Origin: Minisyncoccia bacterium | GTDB lineage: Bacteria; Patescibacteriota; Minisyncoccia; SW-4-49-11 | Assembly (NCBI GenBank): GCA_044341565.1 | Contig: JBIIRM010000002.1 | Coordinates: 1,812 to 65,811 of the forward strand | Direction: 5' to 3' | DNA length: 64,000 nt | In this document: positions 38,793 through 47,879 of the stretch, one piece after another | Layout of the letters: every line of letters starts with the position of its first letter | Numbering within the stretch: the first letter of the stretch is position 1 | Made by a program: the position numbers and the translations under genes | The notes under the pieces: model-generated | Seen by the model: only the letters and a program-made list of their open reading frames with translations | What the model was told of the DNA's origin: nothing | Database searches by the model: none

Positions 38793-39668
38793 CTATTGAT
38801 TGAATTCTATCAGTATATGTCGGTCTAAACCTTGTAAATCTGGATATATGGTTATATTAGATGCTACAAAGATTGTCTGTATAATATCTTGTAAAGGACT
38901 GACTTGTTCAGGGTTTATCTCAATTAATATCTTGGGATATACAATAAAACAACTCTTAATATCTTGTATTAACCTGATATAATGCTCTAATCCATTATTA
39001 TTGGAATAAAGCGCTAAATCTGGTTCATATAAAAGGGAGTCGTCTGTATATTGATTTTGATCGAGATAAGGTAAATTTGCAATAATTAAATTAGGTTGTA
39101 ATTCTTGAGGGAATACATCAATAAGATCTCCCTCAAAAAACTCAATAAGACTTTGCTTACCTGTAATTAGTATAGCATTATTTTGTGCAATCTGTAAGGC
39201 TAATGGGGATATATCAGAGGCATATATGTCAGCATTTGGCATTTCAATAGCTAGAGTAACAGCAATACAACCGCTACCAGTACCGATTTCCCAAATAATG
39301 GGGTGGGCAATATTCTCAAATACTATTTTTGTAATATCAATAATAGCTTCAGTTTCTGGGCGAGGTATTAATACCTGTTCATTCACGATAAAGTCTCGTC
39401 CATAAAATTCTTTATGTCCTATAATATAAGCAATTGGCTTATGCTTTAGCCTCTCCTGTACACATTCTTGTATAGCCTCTATTTCCCTAGTCAATATAGT
39501 ATCCTCCTGATGCATTATAGTCTCAAGTTTATTGAGCCCTAATACATATTCAATAATAATATAGGTATCCAATTCAGGAGTAGGGGATAGAGATTGAAGA
39601 GTAGTATTACTCTGTTGTATTATTTCTTTGATAGTCATCGAATGCTTGTAAAATAAGGGTAAAATCAC
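38793..39668 (-). CDS. prmC: Release-factor glutamine N5-methyltransferase
   Basis: SAM motif EIGTGSGCIA and IANLPY (an NPPY-like motif). It overlaps the prfA 3' end. Confidence 0.75.
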   Translation of the reverse strand: MILPLFYKHSMTIKEIIQQSNTTLQSLSPTPELDTYIIIEYVLGLNKLETIMHQEDTILTREIEAIQECVQERLKHKPIAYIIGHKEFYGRDFIVNEQVLIPRPETEAIIDITKIVFENIAHPIIWEIGTGSGCIAVTLAIEMPNADIYASDISPLALQIAQNNAILITGKQSLIEFFEGDLIDVFPQELQPNLIIANLPYLDQNQYTDDSLLYEPDLALYSNNNGLEHYIRLIQDIKSCFIVYPKILIEINPEQVSPLQDIIQTIFVASNITIYPDLQGLDRHILIEFNQ

Positions 39669-40650
39669 CTAATAATATTCCTTCTATATTCGAAAAATTT
39701 TGTTTAATCCTATGATCAGTTATACGGTCTTGGGGGAAATTATAGGTACGAATTTTCTCTGATCTATCTCCAGTCCCAATTTGATTTTTTCGAAAAGAAG
39801 CTTCTTTTTCAGCTTGCTCTTGTTTCATTCTATCTAGAATACGAGTACGTAAAATTTTCATTGCCTTTTCCTTATTTTTGAGCTGAGATTTTTCATCTTG
39901 GCAAGAAACTACTACATTAGTAGGGATATGAGTAATACGAACAGCTGAATCAGTGGTATTAACACTTTGTCCTCCTGGTCCACTGGATCGAAATACATCA
40001 ATTTTTAAATCATTAGGATTAATATCGATGTCAACTTCTTTTGCAATAGGTAATACGGCAACAGTAATAGTAGAAGTATGTACACGGCCAGCTTTTTCTG
40101 TTTTGGGTACTCTTTGCACTCGATGAACTCCACTTTCATATTGTAGATATTTATAGACCTCTGGTCCCCGAGCTTCAATAACAATTTCTTTTATTCCTCC
40201 TACCGAATTCTCGGATAAAGATAATATCTCCGTTTTAGCTCCATTTTTCTGAAGAAAATTAATATAAGCCTTGAATAGCTCTAAAGCAAATAAACCGGCC
40301 TCATCTCCTCCAGCCCCTGCTCGAATTTCTACAATAATTTCATCTGCAAAAGTTTCTTTGGGAGATATAATATCATGCCAAGCTTTTTCTTTTTCAGTTA
40401 ATTCTAATTCCAAACGAGCAATTTCCTCTTCGGCAATTTCTTTCATCTCGGGGTCGCTGAGTAGAACTTTAGCTTCTGCTAATTGAGATTTTATTGTCTC
40501 AATACCTTGTAATAAGGTAATATGACTGGCAAGTTCAGTATGTCTTTTTGAAATAGTAATAAAATCAGAACTACCAAATATCTGAGGTTCAGACATTTGG
40601 GTAGATAATAGTTCATATTCTGCTTGAATATCGGGTAGGGAGGGAATCAT
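39607..40650 (-). CDS. prfA: Peptide chain release factor 1
   Basis: SGPGGQSVNTTDSAVRITHIPT (GGQ motif). Confidence 0.9.
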   Translation of the reverse strand: MIPSLPDIQAEYELLSTQMSEPQIFGSSDFITISKRHTELASHITLLQGIETIKSQLAEAKVLLSDPEMKEIAEEEIARLELELTEKEKAWHDIISPKETFADEIIVEIRAGAGGDEAGLFALELFKAYINFLQKNGAKTEILSLSENSVGGIKEIVIEARGPEVYKYLQYESGVHRVQRVPKTEKAGRVHTSTITVAVLPIAKEVDIDINPNDLKIDVFRSSGPGGQSVNTTDSAVRITHIPTNVVVSCQDEKSQLKNKEKAMKILRTRILDRMKQEQAEKEASFRKNQIGTGDRSEKIRTYNFPQDRITDHRIKQNFSNIEGILLGDFTLILQAFDDYQRNNTTE

Positions 40651-40680
40651 ATTATTGTCCCTAAATATAAGTTGAGGGAG

Positions 40681-40902
40681 TTATTTATTTGAGAGCTTAT
40701 CTTTCTTCTCTAATTTAGCTCGGAATTTCTCAACTCTTCCAGCGGTATCTACCAAAGTTCTTTTTCCTGTATAAAAAGGATGACATTTTGAACATACTTC
40801 AATAGAAATTTTTTCTCTTGTAGCTCCAATTTCAAATTCAGTACTACAAGAAATACATTTAACAGTAGTATGATAATAGGTTGGGTGAATGCCAGATTTC
40901 AT
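40681..40902 (-). CDS. rpmE: 50S ribosomal protein L31
   Basis: MKSGIHPTYYHTTVKCISCSTEFEIGAT with a CxxC pair. Confidence 0.85.
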   Translation of the reverse strand: MKSGIHPTYYHTTVKCISCSTEFEIGATREKISIEVCSKCHPFYTGKRTLVDTAGRVEKFRAKLEKKDKLSNK

Positions 40903-41049
40903 AAATAGATATATTAATCATTACATAATTGTCTATAAGTATAGCATATATATCTCATAAAGTCAATCCATATGAGTGGTATTGTAATACAGTTGTTTTG
41001 TGTATATTTGTATGCTATACTTTTACTATATTATAATACATATCATAAT

Positions 41050-41802
41050 ATGGAGTCCAATCTCACTTTGGGTGATATTATATCCAAAATACAAAGAAAA
41101 TTTAATACGGTTATTATTATAACACTTATTTTTGTATTAGTCGGAGTGGGTATTACTCTTATTATACCAAAACAATATAGGGGAGAATCTCAATTTGTTG
41201 TTATTCAAAAGGCAAATCCAGAAATTGACTCCTATACGGCACAAAGATCAATTGATTCTAAAGTAGATTTATTAGTGAATTTGGTATATACTGATACATT
41301 TTTTGCAAGTGTTACAGCGGATAATGTTGATATCAAGAATGCATTTCCTGAAAATCTGAAGGATAGAAGAACCGCATTTGCTCGTAATATTATTGTTGAA
41401 GCTAAGGGAACTGGTTTTGTCTCAGTATCAACCTATGATGTCTCCTCTGAACTTGCCCTTACTATGAATAAAGTCGTAGTGGATAAATTAATTGAACAGG
41501 CAAAGGTATTATTTGGAGAAACAGGTACTATTCAAGTTGTAAATCAATCATCTCTGTATGATGGAGTTGGGCGGCCAGATATTTTGGTTAATCTCTTGGG
41601 ATCAGCTCTATTAGGATTTTCTATTGCGATTGGATATGTTATTGCAAGGCGAGATCAAAGTATATCATATGATTTTGGTGTTGATAATTTTGTGTCCCCA
41701 CAACTTCCTGATGAATATGAAATAGCTGAAAACCCTATTATTGATTTAACTCCACCCCCATCTATAAGTCCAGATACAGAGTATGACTCAGATAAGTTCT
41801 AA
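41050..41802 (+). CDS. Wzz-like polysaccharide chain-length determinant / co-polymerase
   Basis: The likely start is MESNLTL; the track ORF begins at 40972. An N-terminal transmembrane helix, a periplasmic-type domain and a C-terminal transmembrane helix (LLGFSIAIGYVIARR) give the Wzz topology. Confidence 0.45.
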   Translation: MESNLTLGDIISKIQRKFNTVIIITLIFVLVGVGITLIIPKQYRGESQFVVIQKANPEIDSYTAQRSIDSKVDLLVNLVYTDTFFASVTADNVDIKNAFPENLKDRRTAFARNIIVEAKGTGFVSVSTYDVSSELALTMNKVVVDKLIEQAKVLFGETGTIQVVNQSSLYDGVGRPDILVNLLGSALLGFSIAIGYVIARRDQSISYDFGVDNFVSPQLPDEYEIAENPIIDLTPPPSISPDTEYDSDKF

Positions 41803-43177
41803 TATAATTATTGGACTTGGGGCTATAAGTTTACTTATATGTATTTTACTTAATGCTCCTGGTATCATATTTGCGGCAGTTATTCTTAGTTGGGTATTTG
41901 TATTCATATTATCTATTTCTTTAGAAGTAGGTTTATTTACTTTGATTTTTTTACGGCCAGCTATAGATATTATTAGCCCTTTTACATTACCTGATTTTCC
42001 TATTATTAATTTGGGATCTACTATTGCTATAATGATAATAGTATTGTCATTCATATATATATATAAACACCGAATAGTAGTATATAATTCACATATCCCT
42101 TTAATGTGGAGTTTAGGACTGATTGTACTTGTATATATTATTTTTAGTTTTACAGGGATTTCATTGTTTGTCGGATTACAGGAAACAGTGAGAGTATTGA
42201 GTTTTATTATGCTCTATTTTGTGGGGTGGATATATGTTTCACATCAAAATAAATTAATGAATATAATGAGAGTTATTATATATGGGAGTATTATTCCACT
42301 ATTCGTTGCATATATTGAATATTTTTCTGGCACAGGATTATATACTAATCCTGGGTTTGAAAATCGTATTGCAGGTACATTTGGACATCCTAATGTACTT
42401 GCGTATTATTCTATTATTATCCTTGCATTAATTGGGAGTATATGGCTGAATAAGAATACTACTATTTCAATAGATGAAAAGAGATTATTAGGAAGTATTG
42501 GCTTATTATATATTATTATTCTTTTGGTTACTTTTACACGAGGTGCCTGGTTTGGGCTTATCATGTTAATTGCCTTAATAGGATTAATTAAATATCCACG
42601 TAAAAGTTTAATTATTACATCAATAGGATTAGGATTTATTGCTTTAGTATTATCTATATATCAGATTTTATCTCCCCCTACTGTTTTAGATTTACCGCCA
42701 CTAACTACTTTACCTGTGATTAATAGAGTATCAGGCTTATTTAATGCCGACCCCAGTGATTCGGTGATATGGAGATTAACTATGTGGACAGATATGTATG
42801 AAAAAGCCTGGGAGTCCCCTATAATAGGTTTTGGTACAGGAAGTTCTCAAATTATGGTTGAGCAAACACGAGGTACATTTAGAGGTTCTCTTGAAGTACA
42901 TAATGATTATATCAAAATATTCCTAGAACAAGGATTGATTGGCCTTATGATATATGGAATATTAATACTTAATATTCTAGGAGTATTATATTATCGCTAT
43001 ATACAGGGTAAAAATATCTATATTTTATATTTAGCATCCTTGATGACGGTGATTTATATAGTGAGTTTTTGGGATAATTTACTTCGTGGAACAGTATTAA
43101 TGTGGATATTATTCCTTTTATTGGGGGCAGTATTACATTATCAGAGTTTAGATAATAAATCAGATACGAGTATATGA
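41783..43177 (+). CDS. O-antigen ligase/polymerase family (Wzy_C) membrane protein
   Basis: ~11 transmembrane segments with a large loop containing TRGAWFGLIMLIAL. Confidence 0.6.
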   Translation: MTQISSNIIIGLGAISLLICILLNAPGIIFAAVILSWVFVFILSISLEVGLFTLIFLRPAIDIISPFTLPDFPIINLGSTIAIMIIVLSFIYIYKHRIVVYNSHIPLMWSLGLIVLVYIIFSFTGISLFVGLQETVRVLSFIMLYFVGWIYVSHQNKLMNIMRVIIYGSIIPLFVAYIEYFSGTGLYTNPGFENRIAGTFGHPNVLAYYSIIILALIGSIWLNKNTTISIDEKRLLGSIGLLYIIILLVTFTRGAWFGLIMLIALIGLIKYPRKSLIITSIGLGFIALVLSIYQILSPPTVLDLPPLTTLPVINRVSGLFNADPSDSVIWRLTMWTDMYEKAWESPIIGFGTGSSQIMVEQTRGTFRGSLEVHNDYIKIFLEQGLIGLMIYGILILNILGVLYYRYIQGKNIYILYLASLMTVIYIVSFWDNLLRGTVLMWILFLLLGAVLHYQSLDNKSDTSI

Positions 43178-44238
43178 AAATTTTAGTATTAGGTCGACAA
43201 CATATAGCTAAATCAGAGGATATTATTAAAGGTCTTCAGGATTTGGGACATACTGTACATTATCTCCTTTTCCCTTCCCTCCAATATCCTCAAAATTATT
43301 ATACTACTCATACAGGAAATATATCGACTCTATCATATACATCCAAGATAGCATATTATTGGGGACATTATCATAGTATACGGAAATATATGACATCTCA
43401 TCTTGATACGGATTATGATTATATTTTAGCTATAGATTGGTTTGAGGGATATATTGCTCTTTCACTCCGAGATTATTTTAAGGATATCCCTATAATATAT
43501 TATGCCTATGATTATTATTTTTATTCTAATAGACTTTCATCACGCTATATTATTAACAAAATAGAGGCCTCAGTATATAAGCGGGCAAATATGGTCTGGG
43601 CTTTGAGTTCACAAATTATTATAGAACATGAAAAAAAACATATTAATAAATCTTTGGTATTGACTATACCATTAGGGATTCATACTCAAAAAATTGCTCC
43701 CTATAAACCCGATTCAAGACAAATACTCTTTATGGGTAATTTTAAAGAAGGGCATAATTTACGATTATTGGTAAATGTTTTTGCAAAATTATCTCCAGAC
43801 TATCATCTACATCTTATAGGTAAGGGTAATTTATATCAAGAAATTGAGAAAATAATTCAACCTGCAAGCTCTAATATTACTTTATATGGATTTCAAGATG
43901 AACAGCAAATACAAGAATTAGTAGTGAAGCATCATATTGGTTTTGGAATAGCTTTATATGAGAATACATTAGAAATATCTTGTGCTGATCCAGGGAAAAT
44001 TAAAGATTATCTTTCATTGGGGCTCCCAATTATTACTACTCCATATCCTAGTATAAGTAAGGATATACAAGAATATAATTTAGGATTAGTAATACAAGAT
44101 AATGAAGAAAGTTTATATACAACATTAATTCATATAGATGAAAATAATATGAATAAGTTTGCAAAAAATATTATAAGATACACTCAACAACATAGTTATG
44201 CTAAAATATTAGCTAAAGCTTTATCTCAGAGTAAATGA
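43174..44238 (+). CDS. Family-1 (GT4-like) glycosyltransferase
   Basis: C-terminal GT-B Rossmann half and an E..GH..-like motif region. Part of the polysaccharide cluster. Confidence 0.55.
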   Translation: MKILVLGRQHIAKSEDIIKGLQDLGHTVHYLLFPSLQYPQNYYTTHTGNISTLSYTSKIAYYWGHYHSIRKYMTSHLDTDYDYILAIDWFEGYIALSLRDYFKDIPIIYYAYDYYFYSNRLSSRYIINKIEASVYKRANMVWALSSQIIIEHEKKHINKSLVLTIPLGIHTQKIAPYKPDSRQILFMGNFKEGHNLRLLVNVFAKLSPDYHLHLIGKGNLYQEIEKIIQPASSNITLYGFQDEQQIQELVVKHHIGFGIALYENTLEISCADPGKIKDYLSLGLPIITTPYPSISKDIQEYNLGLVIQDNEESLYTTLIHIDENNMNKFAKNIIRYTQQHSYAKILAKALSQSK

Positions 44239-44300
44239 TATCTATTGATAAAATGTCATATATATGATAGGGTAGAGATGTCCATCTTTGGTTATTTACC

Positions 44301-44696
44301 ATGAAAAAGCTCTTTCTCCCTTTTGTAACAGCAATTTCAGTTCTATTCCCAATGGCAGCAACAGCTCAATGGTGGGGTGAATCTTTTGAAAGTATTGAAT
44401 ATAATGGGGTGATAATTCGCTCCGATATTCGTCCACGCACTATTATTTGTCCTATTGTGGAATCACAAGGATTACCTTGTGATGGATATCAAGGATTCAA
44501 TGCATCCACCAGGACTCATATTTTTAGAAATAATGGGAATTGGAATAATAATAGAAACTGGAATAATCAGTGGCAAAACCCAGGATGGAATAATAATCAA
44601 CATTGGAGACAGCCTAATTCAGGATGGAATAATAATGGAGGTTGCCTCTTCAAAAAATGGACGCGAGATGGTGGCTTTGCAATCGGGAATTGCTGA
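44301..44696 (+). CDS. Small secreted Asn/Trp-rich repeat protein
   Basis: Signal peptide MKKLFLPFVTAISVLFPMAATAQ. NWNNNRNWNNQWQNPGWNNN repeats. Several Cys. Host-like AT-rich composition. Confidence 0.5.
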   Translation: MKKLFLPFVTAISVLFPMAATAQWWGESFESIEYNGVIIRSDIRPRTIICPIVESQGLPCDGYQGFNASTRTHIFRNNGNWNNNRNWNNQWQNPGWNNNQHWRQPNSGWNNNGGCLFKKWTRDGGFAIGNC

Positions 44697-44716
44697 TACA
44701 TTATTTTCCAATCTCA

Positions 44717-44753
44717 AGCCGGTAGCAATAGCTGCCGGTATTTTTTTGTTTTT
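44717..44753 (+). terminator. Intrinsic terminator
   Basis: agccggtagcaatagctgccggt hairpin followed by tttttttgttttt. Confidence 0.55.
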
Positions 44754-44758
44754 ATATC

Positions 44759-44787
44759 TTGACAAATAAGATATAATATGCTATAGT
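44759..44787 (+). promoter_or_regulatory. Sigma-70-type promoter TTGACA-N17-TATAGT with a TGc extended -10 region
   Basis: ttgacaaataagatataatatgctatagt. Confidence 0.5.
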
Positions 44788-44812
44788 CACTAAGTCGTTT
44801 CGTGGATAAACC

Positions 44813-45124
44813 ATGAAAACTCTTACCAAGTTCATCGCCGGCGCTCTGCTGGCAGGCACCACACTTCTGACCGTGGCTCCCGCCACGGCTCAGTCCCTCA
44901 GCGGCAGGGTCGCCGTCGGACCCATCGGGTCCACCACGAGGGCCTGGACCTCGGTCTCCGAAGCTCAGTCCCTGTGTGCCCGCAATGGGTGCTGGGTGAC
45001 CGATGGGGTGGAGGTGTCACCCGGTAATTGGGTACCGAACACTCTGTTCCCGGGGGCGAAATCCCTCAGGGATTCAGCTGGGAACGGCCTGCTCGAGATT
45101 CCTCGAGCGACATCTCCTCGCTGA
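44813..45124 (+). CDS. GC-rich island gene 1: small secreted protein (103 aa)
   Basis: Signal peptide MKTLTKFIAGALLAGTTLLTVAPATAQ. Mature region carries CARNGCW. Coding GC is roughly 60% by eye with high GC3, against a low-GC genome. The start codon is preceded by gtGGATAAACCatg. Confidence 0.6.
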   Translation: MKTLTKFIAGALLAGTTLLTVAPATAQSLSGRVAVGPIGSTTRAWTSVSEAQSLCARNGCWVTDGVEVSPGNWVPNTLFPGAKSLRDSAGNGLLEIPRATSPR

Positions 45125-45150
45125 GGTGTCAGTTCAGTTTAGTTCAATAA

Positions 45151-45176
45151 GCCTCTGCAATGCAGGGGCCTTTTTT
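45151..45176 (+). terminator. GC-rich intrinsic terminator
   Basis: gcctctgcaatgcaggggcc hairpin followed by tttttt. Confidence 0.6.
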
Positions 45177-45199
45177 ATATATTGAAATGTTGTCAATAC

Positions 45200-45228
45200 T
45201 TGACTTTTTGGTTTAAATATGCTATTAT
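45200..45228 (+). promoter_or_regulatory. Sigma-70-type promoter TTGACT-N17-TATTAT with a TGc extended -10 region
   Basis: ttgactttttggtttaaatatgctattat. Confidence 0.5.
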
Positions 45229-45255
45229 AGATCCGTCTTTCATGGGTTTATCCTA

Positions 45256-46254
45256 ATGAAAAAGTTCATTCCCATCTTGCTTGGCTCTGTTTTACTGGCT
45301 TCGGCTGGAAAGGCGGAGACATTGCCTTTGAGGCTCCAGATCAGCACCCCAGATTCCAATCGGGCGGTGAGGGTGATCATAAGTCCCAGTCAAGCGAAAG
45401 CCTCGGCAGGGCTGGTAACAGCTCGTCCTGGTTCCAATCCCTCGGACTGGGCACCTCAGTACAATAGACTGATTAACCAAAAGGCCCTCGGGTCTCGCGG
45501 TCAATCGGGTGCTGGGCTCACAGCAGGTACGCCTCGGCGTTTCTGTCTGGTGCCTTTGTACCAGGAGGTGAAAAATCTCTCTGCGCTCCCTTGTGGAGCT
45601 TATGGGGAGAGTATCAACTTCCGGTCCAATGGACCCCTTGCCTTCAGCCTTATCAGTGTCAAATCTGATGGTGGATGGCAATGGCTCGACAATGGGCCTA
45701 AGGGGGCTGGTACTGGTGGTCTTACTCTTGTAAGTTCACCAGGCTGGGAAGTTGCTGGGTGGGGACATACCTCAAAAGGGTATGTCCCCACCAGCAGGGG
45801 AGTATTCTTTGGCCCCATCTTCACGGGTGGGGACTTGGCTACCTCGAGGATTTTATCCTCGACTCCCGCCTCGGCGGTGAGGGAGCCTATCTGGCGTCTG
45901 CCAGATTCTGGGCTCAGGTTCCCGGCAGTGATCACGGTCAGCAATGATCGTATCACTCTCTCCACCACCCCCATTCCCGGGGCGCAATATTTCTTCCTCC
46001 CTCGGGAGGGCGGTATGTCGGTAGGACGCGAATTCATCGCAATTCAGCCAGGAGTAGCATTCCAAGCTGGAGTTCAGCTGAACTCCTCCGCTACCGATGC
46101 TGGCACCTTTGGTGCCAAGCTTCCCGATGGCAAGATTGCCTGGATTCAATGGGGATCTCGTCCTGATGGACGTGACACCCGGGTCAAGGTGATTAATCAA
46201 GGTGGTCAGCCCTGGGTTCAGCAAGGTTGGAGCTTGGTCCGCGTTCATCGCTGA
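45256..46254 (+). CDS. GC-rich island gene 2: secreted protein (332 aa), no recognised domain
   Basis: Signal peptide MKKFIPILLGSVLLASAGKAE. Gly/Trp/Ser-rich. Roughly 55% GC by eye. Upstream is the inverted motif catgGGTTTATCC. The antisense ORFs in the track across this gene are GC-composition artefacts. Confidence 0.65.
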   Translation: MKKFIPILLGSVLLASAGKAETLPLRLQISTPDSNRAVRVIISPSQAKASAGLVTARPGSNPSDWAPQYNRLINQKALGSRGQSGAGLTAGTPRRFCLVPLYQEVKNLSALPCGAYGESINFRSNGPLAFSLISVKSDGGWQWLDNGPKGAGTGGLTLVSSPGWEVAGWGHTSKGYVPTSRGVFFGPIFTGGDLATSRILSSTPASAVREPIWRLPDSGLRFPAVITVSNDRITLSTTPIPGAQYFFLPREGGMSVGREFIAIQPGVAFQAGVQLNSSATDAGTFGAKLPDGKIAWIQWGSRPDGRDTRVKVINQGGQPWVQQGWSLVRVHR

Positions 46255-46261
46255 TCAGACT

Positions 46262-46288
46262 CCTCATATCAGCCCTCACAATTTGTGG
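46262..46288 (+). terminator. GC-rich intrinsic terminator
   Basis: gccctcacaatttgtgggggc hairpin followed by tttttt. Confidence 0.6.
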
Positions 46289-46327
46289 GGGCTTTTTTAT
46301 TTCTCTCCAAAAACACTATAATAGATG

Positions 46328-46356
46328 TTGTTAGCTATTGACAAAATCGTGTTTTT
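46328..46356 (+). promoter_or_regulatory. Sigma-70-type promoter TTGACA-N17-TAGTAT with a TGc extended -10 region
   Basis: ttgacaaaatcgtgtttttatgctagtat. Confidence 0.5.
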
Positions 46357-46394
46357 ATGCTAGTATGCGAGAGTTCTTTACCAGGAGTTTTACG

Positions 46395-47528
46395 ATGAAA
46401 AATCGTAACATCTTGGGGATGTTTGCAATCGTTCTTCCACTACTTGCCCCTATGGGTGTCAAGGCGGAGAATTTGCTCTCATCACCTCAATCGAATATCC
46501 AGGCAGAAATGCCTCGGAGACTCTCAACTCGAGAGCAAGCAGCTGAGCTTCGCGCCATGCGTGAAGCTGCCGAGGCTCGTAATGCTGGAAGTGTTCCGCA
46601 AATGTCACAGACTCCACCTGGACCACCACCGGTTTTGCCGGTAACTCAGGTTGTGACACAACAACCTGTCAATCCTGTGGTTGCAGGACCTGTTGTTACC
46701 CCTTTTCAAAAGGGCGGTGGAGAATCCTCCCTGTTCGGTGGTAATAACACCAATATCAGGGGGGAGGCAGAGTACAGTAGCACTCCCAGCCAGATCAATT
46801 CCAAGGCTGGAGTCACGCTGGCTCCCAAGGGGAAACCTTTCCTGATGCAAGTTACCGGCTATCAAAGCTCGGGAACTTGCCCAGCAGGTCCGGGAGGTAC
46901 TTGTTCCTATGATTCCAGTAAGCTGGATATCTATGGGGCTCTGAGAGGCTGGTCTTCCACTACCGAGTGGAATGCTGGTCCCTTTGTCCGTTTCCAGCAG
47001 AATAATGCTAATGGGACTTGGAAAAGCCCCGATGGTCTTTATTCCGGTGAATGGAAGTCGGATAAGCCTCAGACTGATGTCGGTATCCGAGCCCGGATTC
47101 GTCATCGCCTGGACCCCAAGTCTTCCGCCAATCCTTGGATTGGTGCAGGTGGCGAATACGATTTCGCCAATGGAGGCTATGACGCCTTCGGCGAAGGCGG
47201 TATTCGCCCCGGCAACTCCAAGAATCCCTGGAATCTGTATGTCCAGGGGGGTGTGAATACTGACGGAGGATATTTTTATCCCGAGGTCACCACACCTAAT
47301 CTGGTGGGGGATGCCAATTCGAAGCTGCAGGTCCAGCTTCAGGCAAAGGGAGTTCTTTATGGCCTCGGCCGTGATAACTCCACTAGTCGAGTTGAACTCG
47401 GGGCCCCCATCACCCTGAATCTCAGCCGCAATACGGCTATTCAGGTGGTGCCAGCCTATGTGCTGGGACTCGACTCCAATACCCGCTCAGGGTTTGGGGG
47501 CACAGTAAAGCTCCGCTTCGGCTTCTGA
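46395..47528 (+). CDS. GC-rich island gene 3: secreted protein with an outer-membrane-beta-barrel-like C-terminus (porin-like)
   Basis: The likely start is MKNRNILGMFAIVLPLLAPMGVKAE (signal peptide); the track ORF starts at 46338. It has a short Ala/Glu/Arg helical segment and a Pro-rich linker. The Gly/aromatic-rich body ends ...GGTVKLRFGF, a terminal Phe with alternating hydrophobics typical of OMP beta-signals. Roughly 58% GC by eye. Confidence 0.6.
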   Translation: MKNRNILGMFAIVLPLLAPMGVKAENLLSSPQSNIQAEMPRRLSTREQAAELRAMREAAEARNAGSVPQMSQTPPGPPPVLPVTQVVTQQPVNPVVAGPVVTPFQKGGGESSLFGGNNTNIRGEAEYSSTPSQINSKAGVTLAPKGKPFLMQVTGYQSSGTCPAGPGGTCSYDSSKLDIYGALRGWSSTTEWNAGPFVRFQQNNANGTWKSPDGLYSGEWKSDKPQTDVGIRARIRHRLDPKSSANPWIGAGGEYDFANGGYDAFGEGGIRPGNSKNPWNLYVQGGVNTDGGYFYPEVTTPNLVGDANSKLQVQLQAKGVLYGLGRDNSTSRVELGAPITLNLSRNTAIQVVPAYVLGLDSNTRSGFGGTVKLRFGF

Positions 47529-47687
47529 AGTAAAACCAAAAATGATAGCAACTAACCCCTCACGGGGAGCAGTCGCCTTGACCATCTCTGGTTTTATACC
47601 CCTATATCTCCAGCTGCTTGCAGTTGGGGATTTTCATTTTGTAAGAATATAGGCTATAATAGATTTTATATCTGCTCTTTTAGATTC

Positions 47688-47879
47688 ATGAGACGCAACC
47701 CAGTCTTACTGATTATATCTATTTTGGTAGCTGTAATCATTCAGCATAGTATTGCCGAAGAAGATATTATGTCAGAGAATATTCCTCATCAGTCTCAGGT
47801 ACTGCTTAGTATTTTGTCTCTCCTCTCAGGTTTGATTGGAGCTGATATATTTATGACAGGTATTCGACTCATTTGGTAA
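47688..47879 (+). CDS. Possible small two-helix membrane protein (63 aa)
   Basis: MRRNPVLLIISILVAVIIQHSIAEED...LLSILSLLSGLIGADIF. It is preceded by a ggctataat -10-like box and followed by a weak hairpin plus T-rich run. Confidence 0.3.
   Translation: MRRNPVLLIISILVAVIIQHSIAEEDIMSENIPHQSQVLLSILSLLSGLIGADIFMTGIRLIW

Noticed and set aside
45292-47256. Seven antisense or alternative-frame ORFs (45292-45681, 45600-46037, 45853-46248, 45759-45947, 46459-46659, 46605-47105, 46972-47256) inside the GC-rich island
   Set aside because: High-GC DNA has few stop codons in any frame. These ORFs overlap the signal-peptide-bearing plus-strand genes, have Arg/Pro/Gly-rich nonsense composition, and lack start-site context.
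44700-47600. GC-rich island explained as an assembly chimera or contaminant contig
   Set aside because: The composition switches back to AT-rich in every intergenic spacer. Those spacers carry the same promoter architecture used by bona fide host genes (rpsP and a glycosyltransferase). A mis-join would not interleave host-type spacers between foreign CDSs. This still deserves read-level confirmation.
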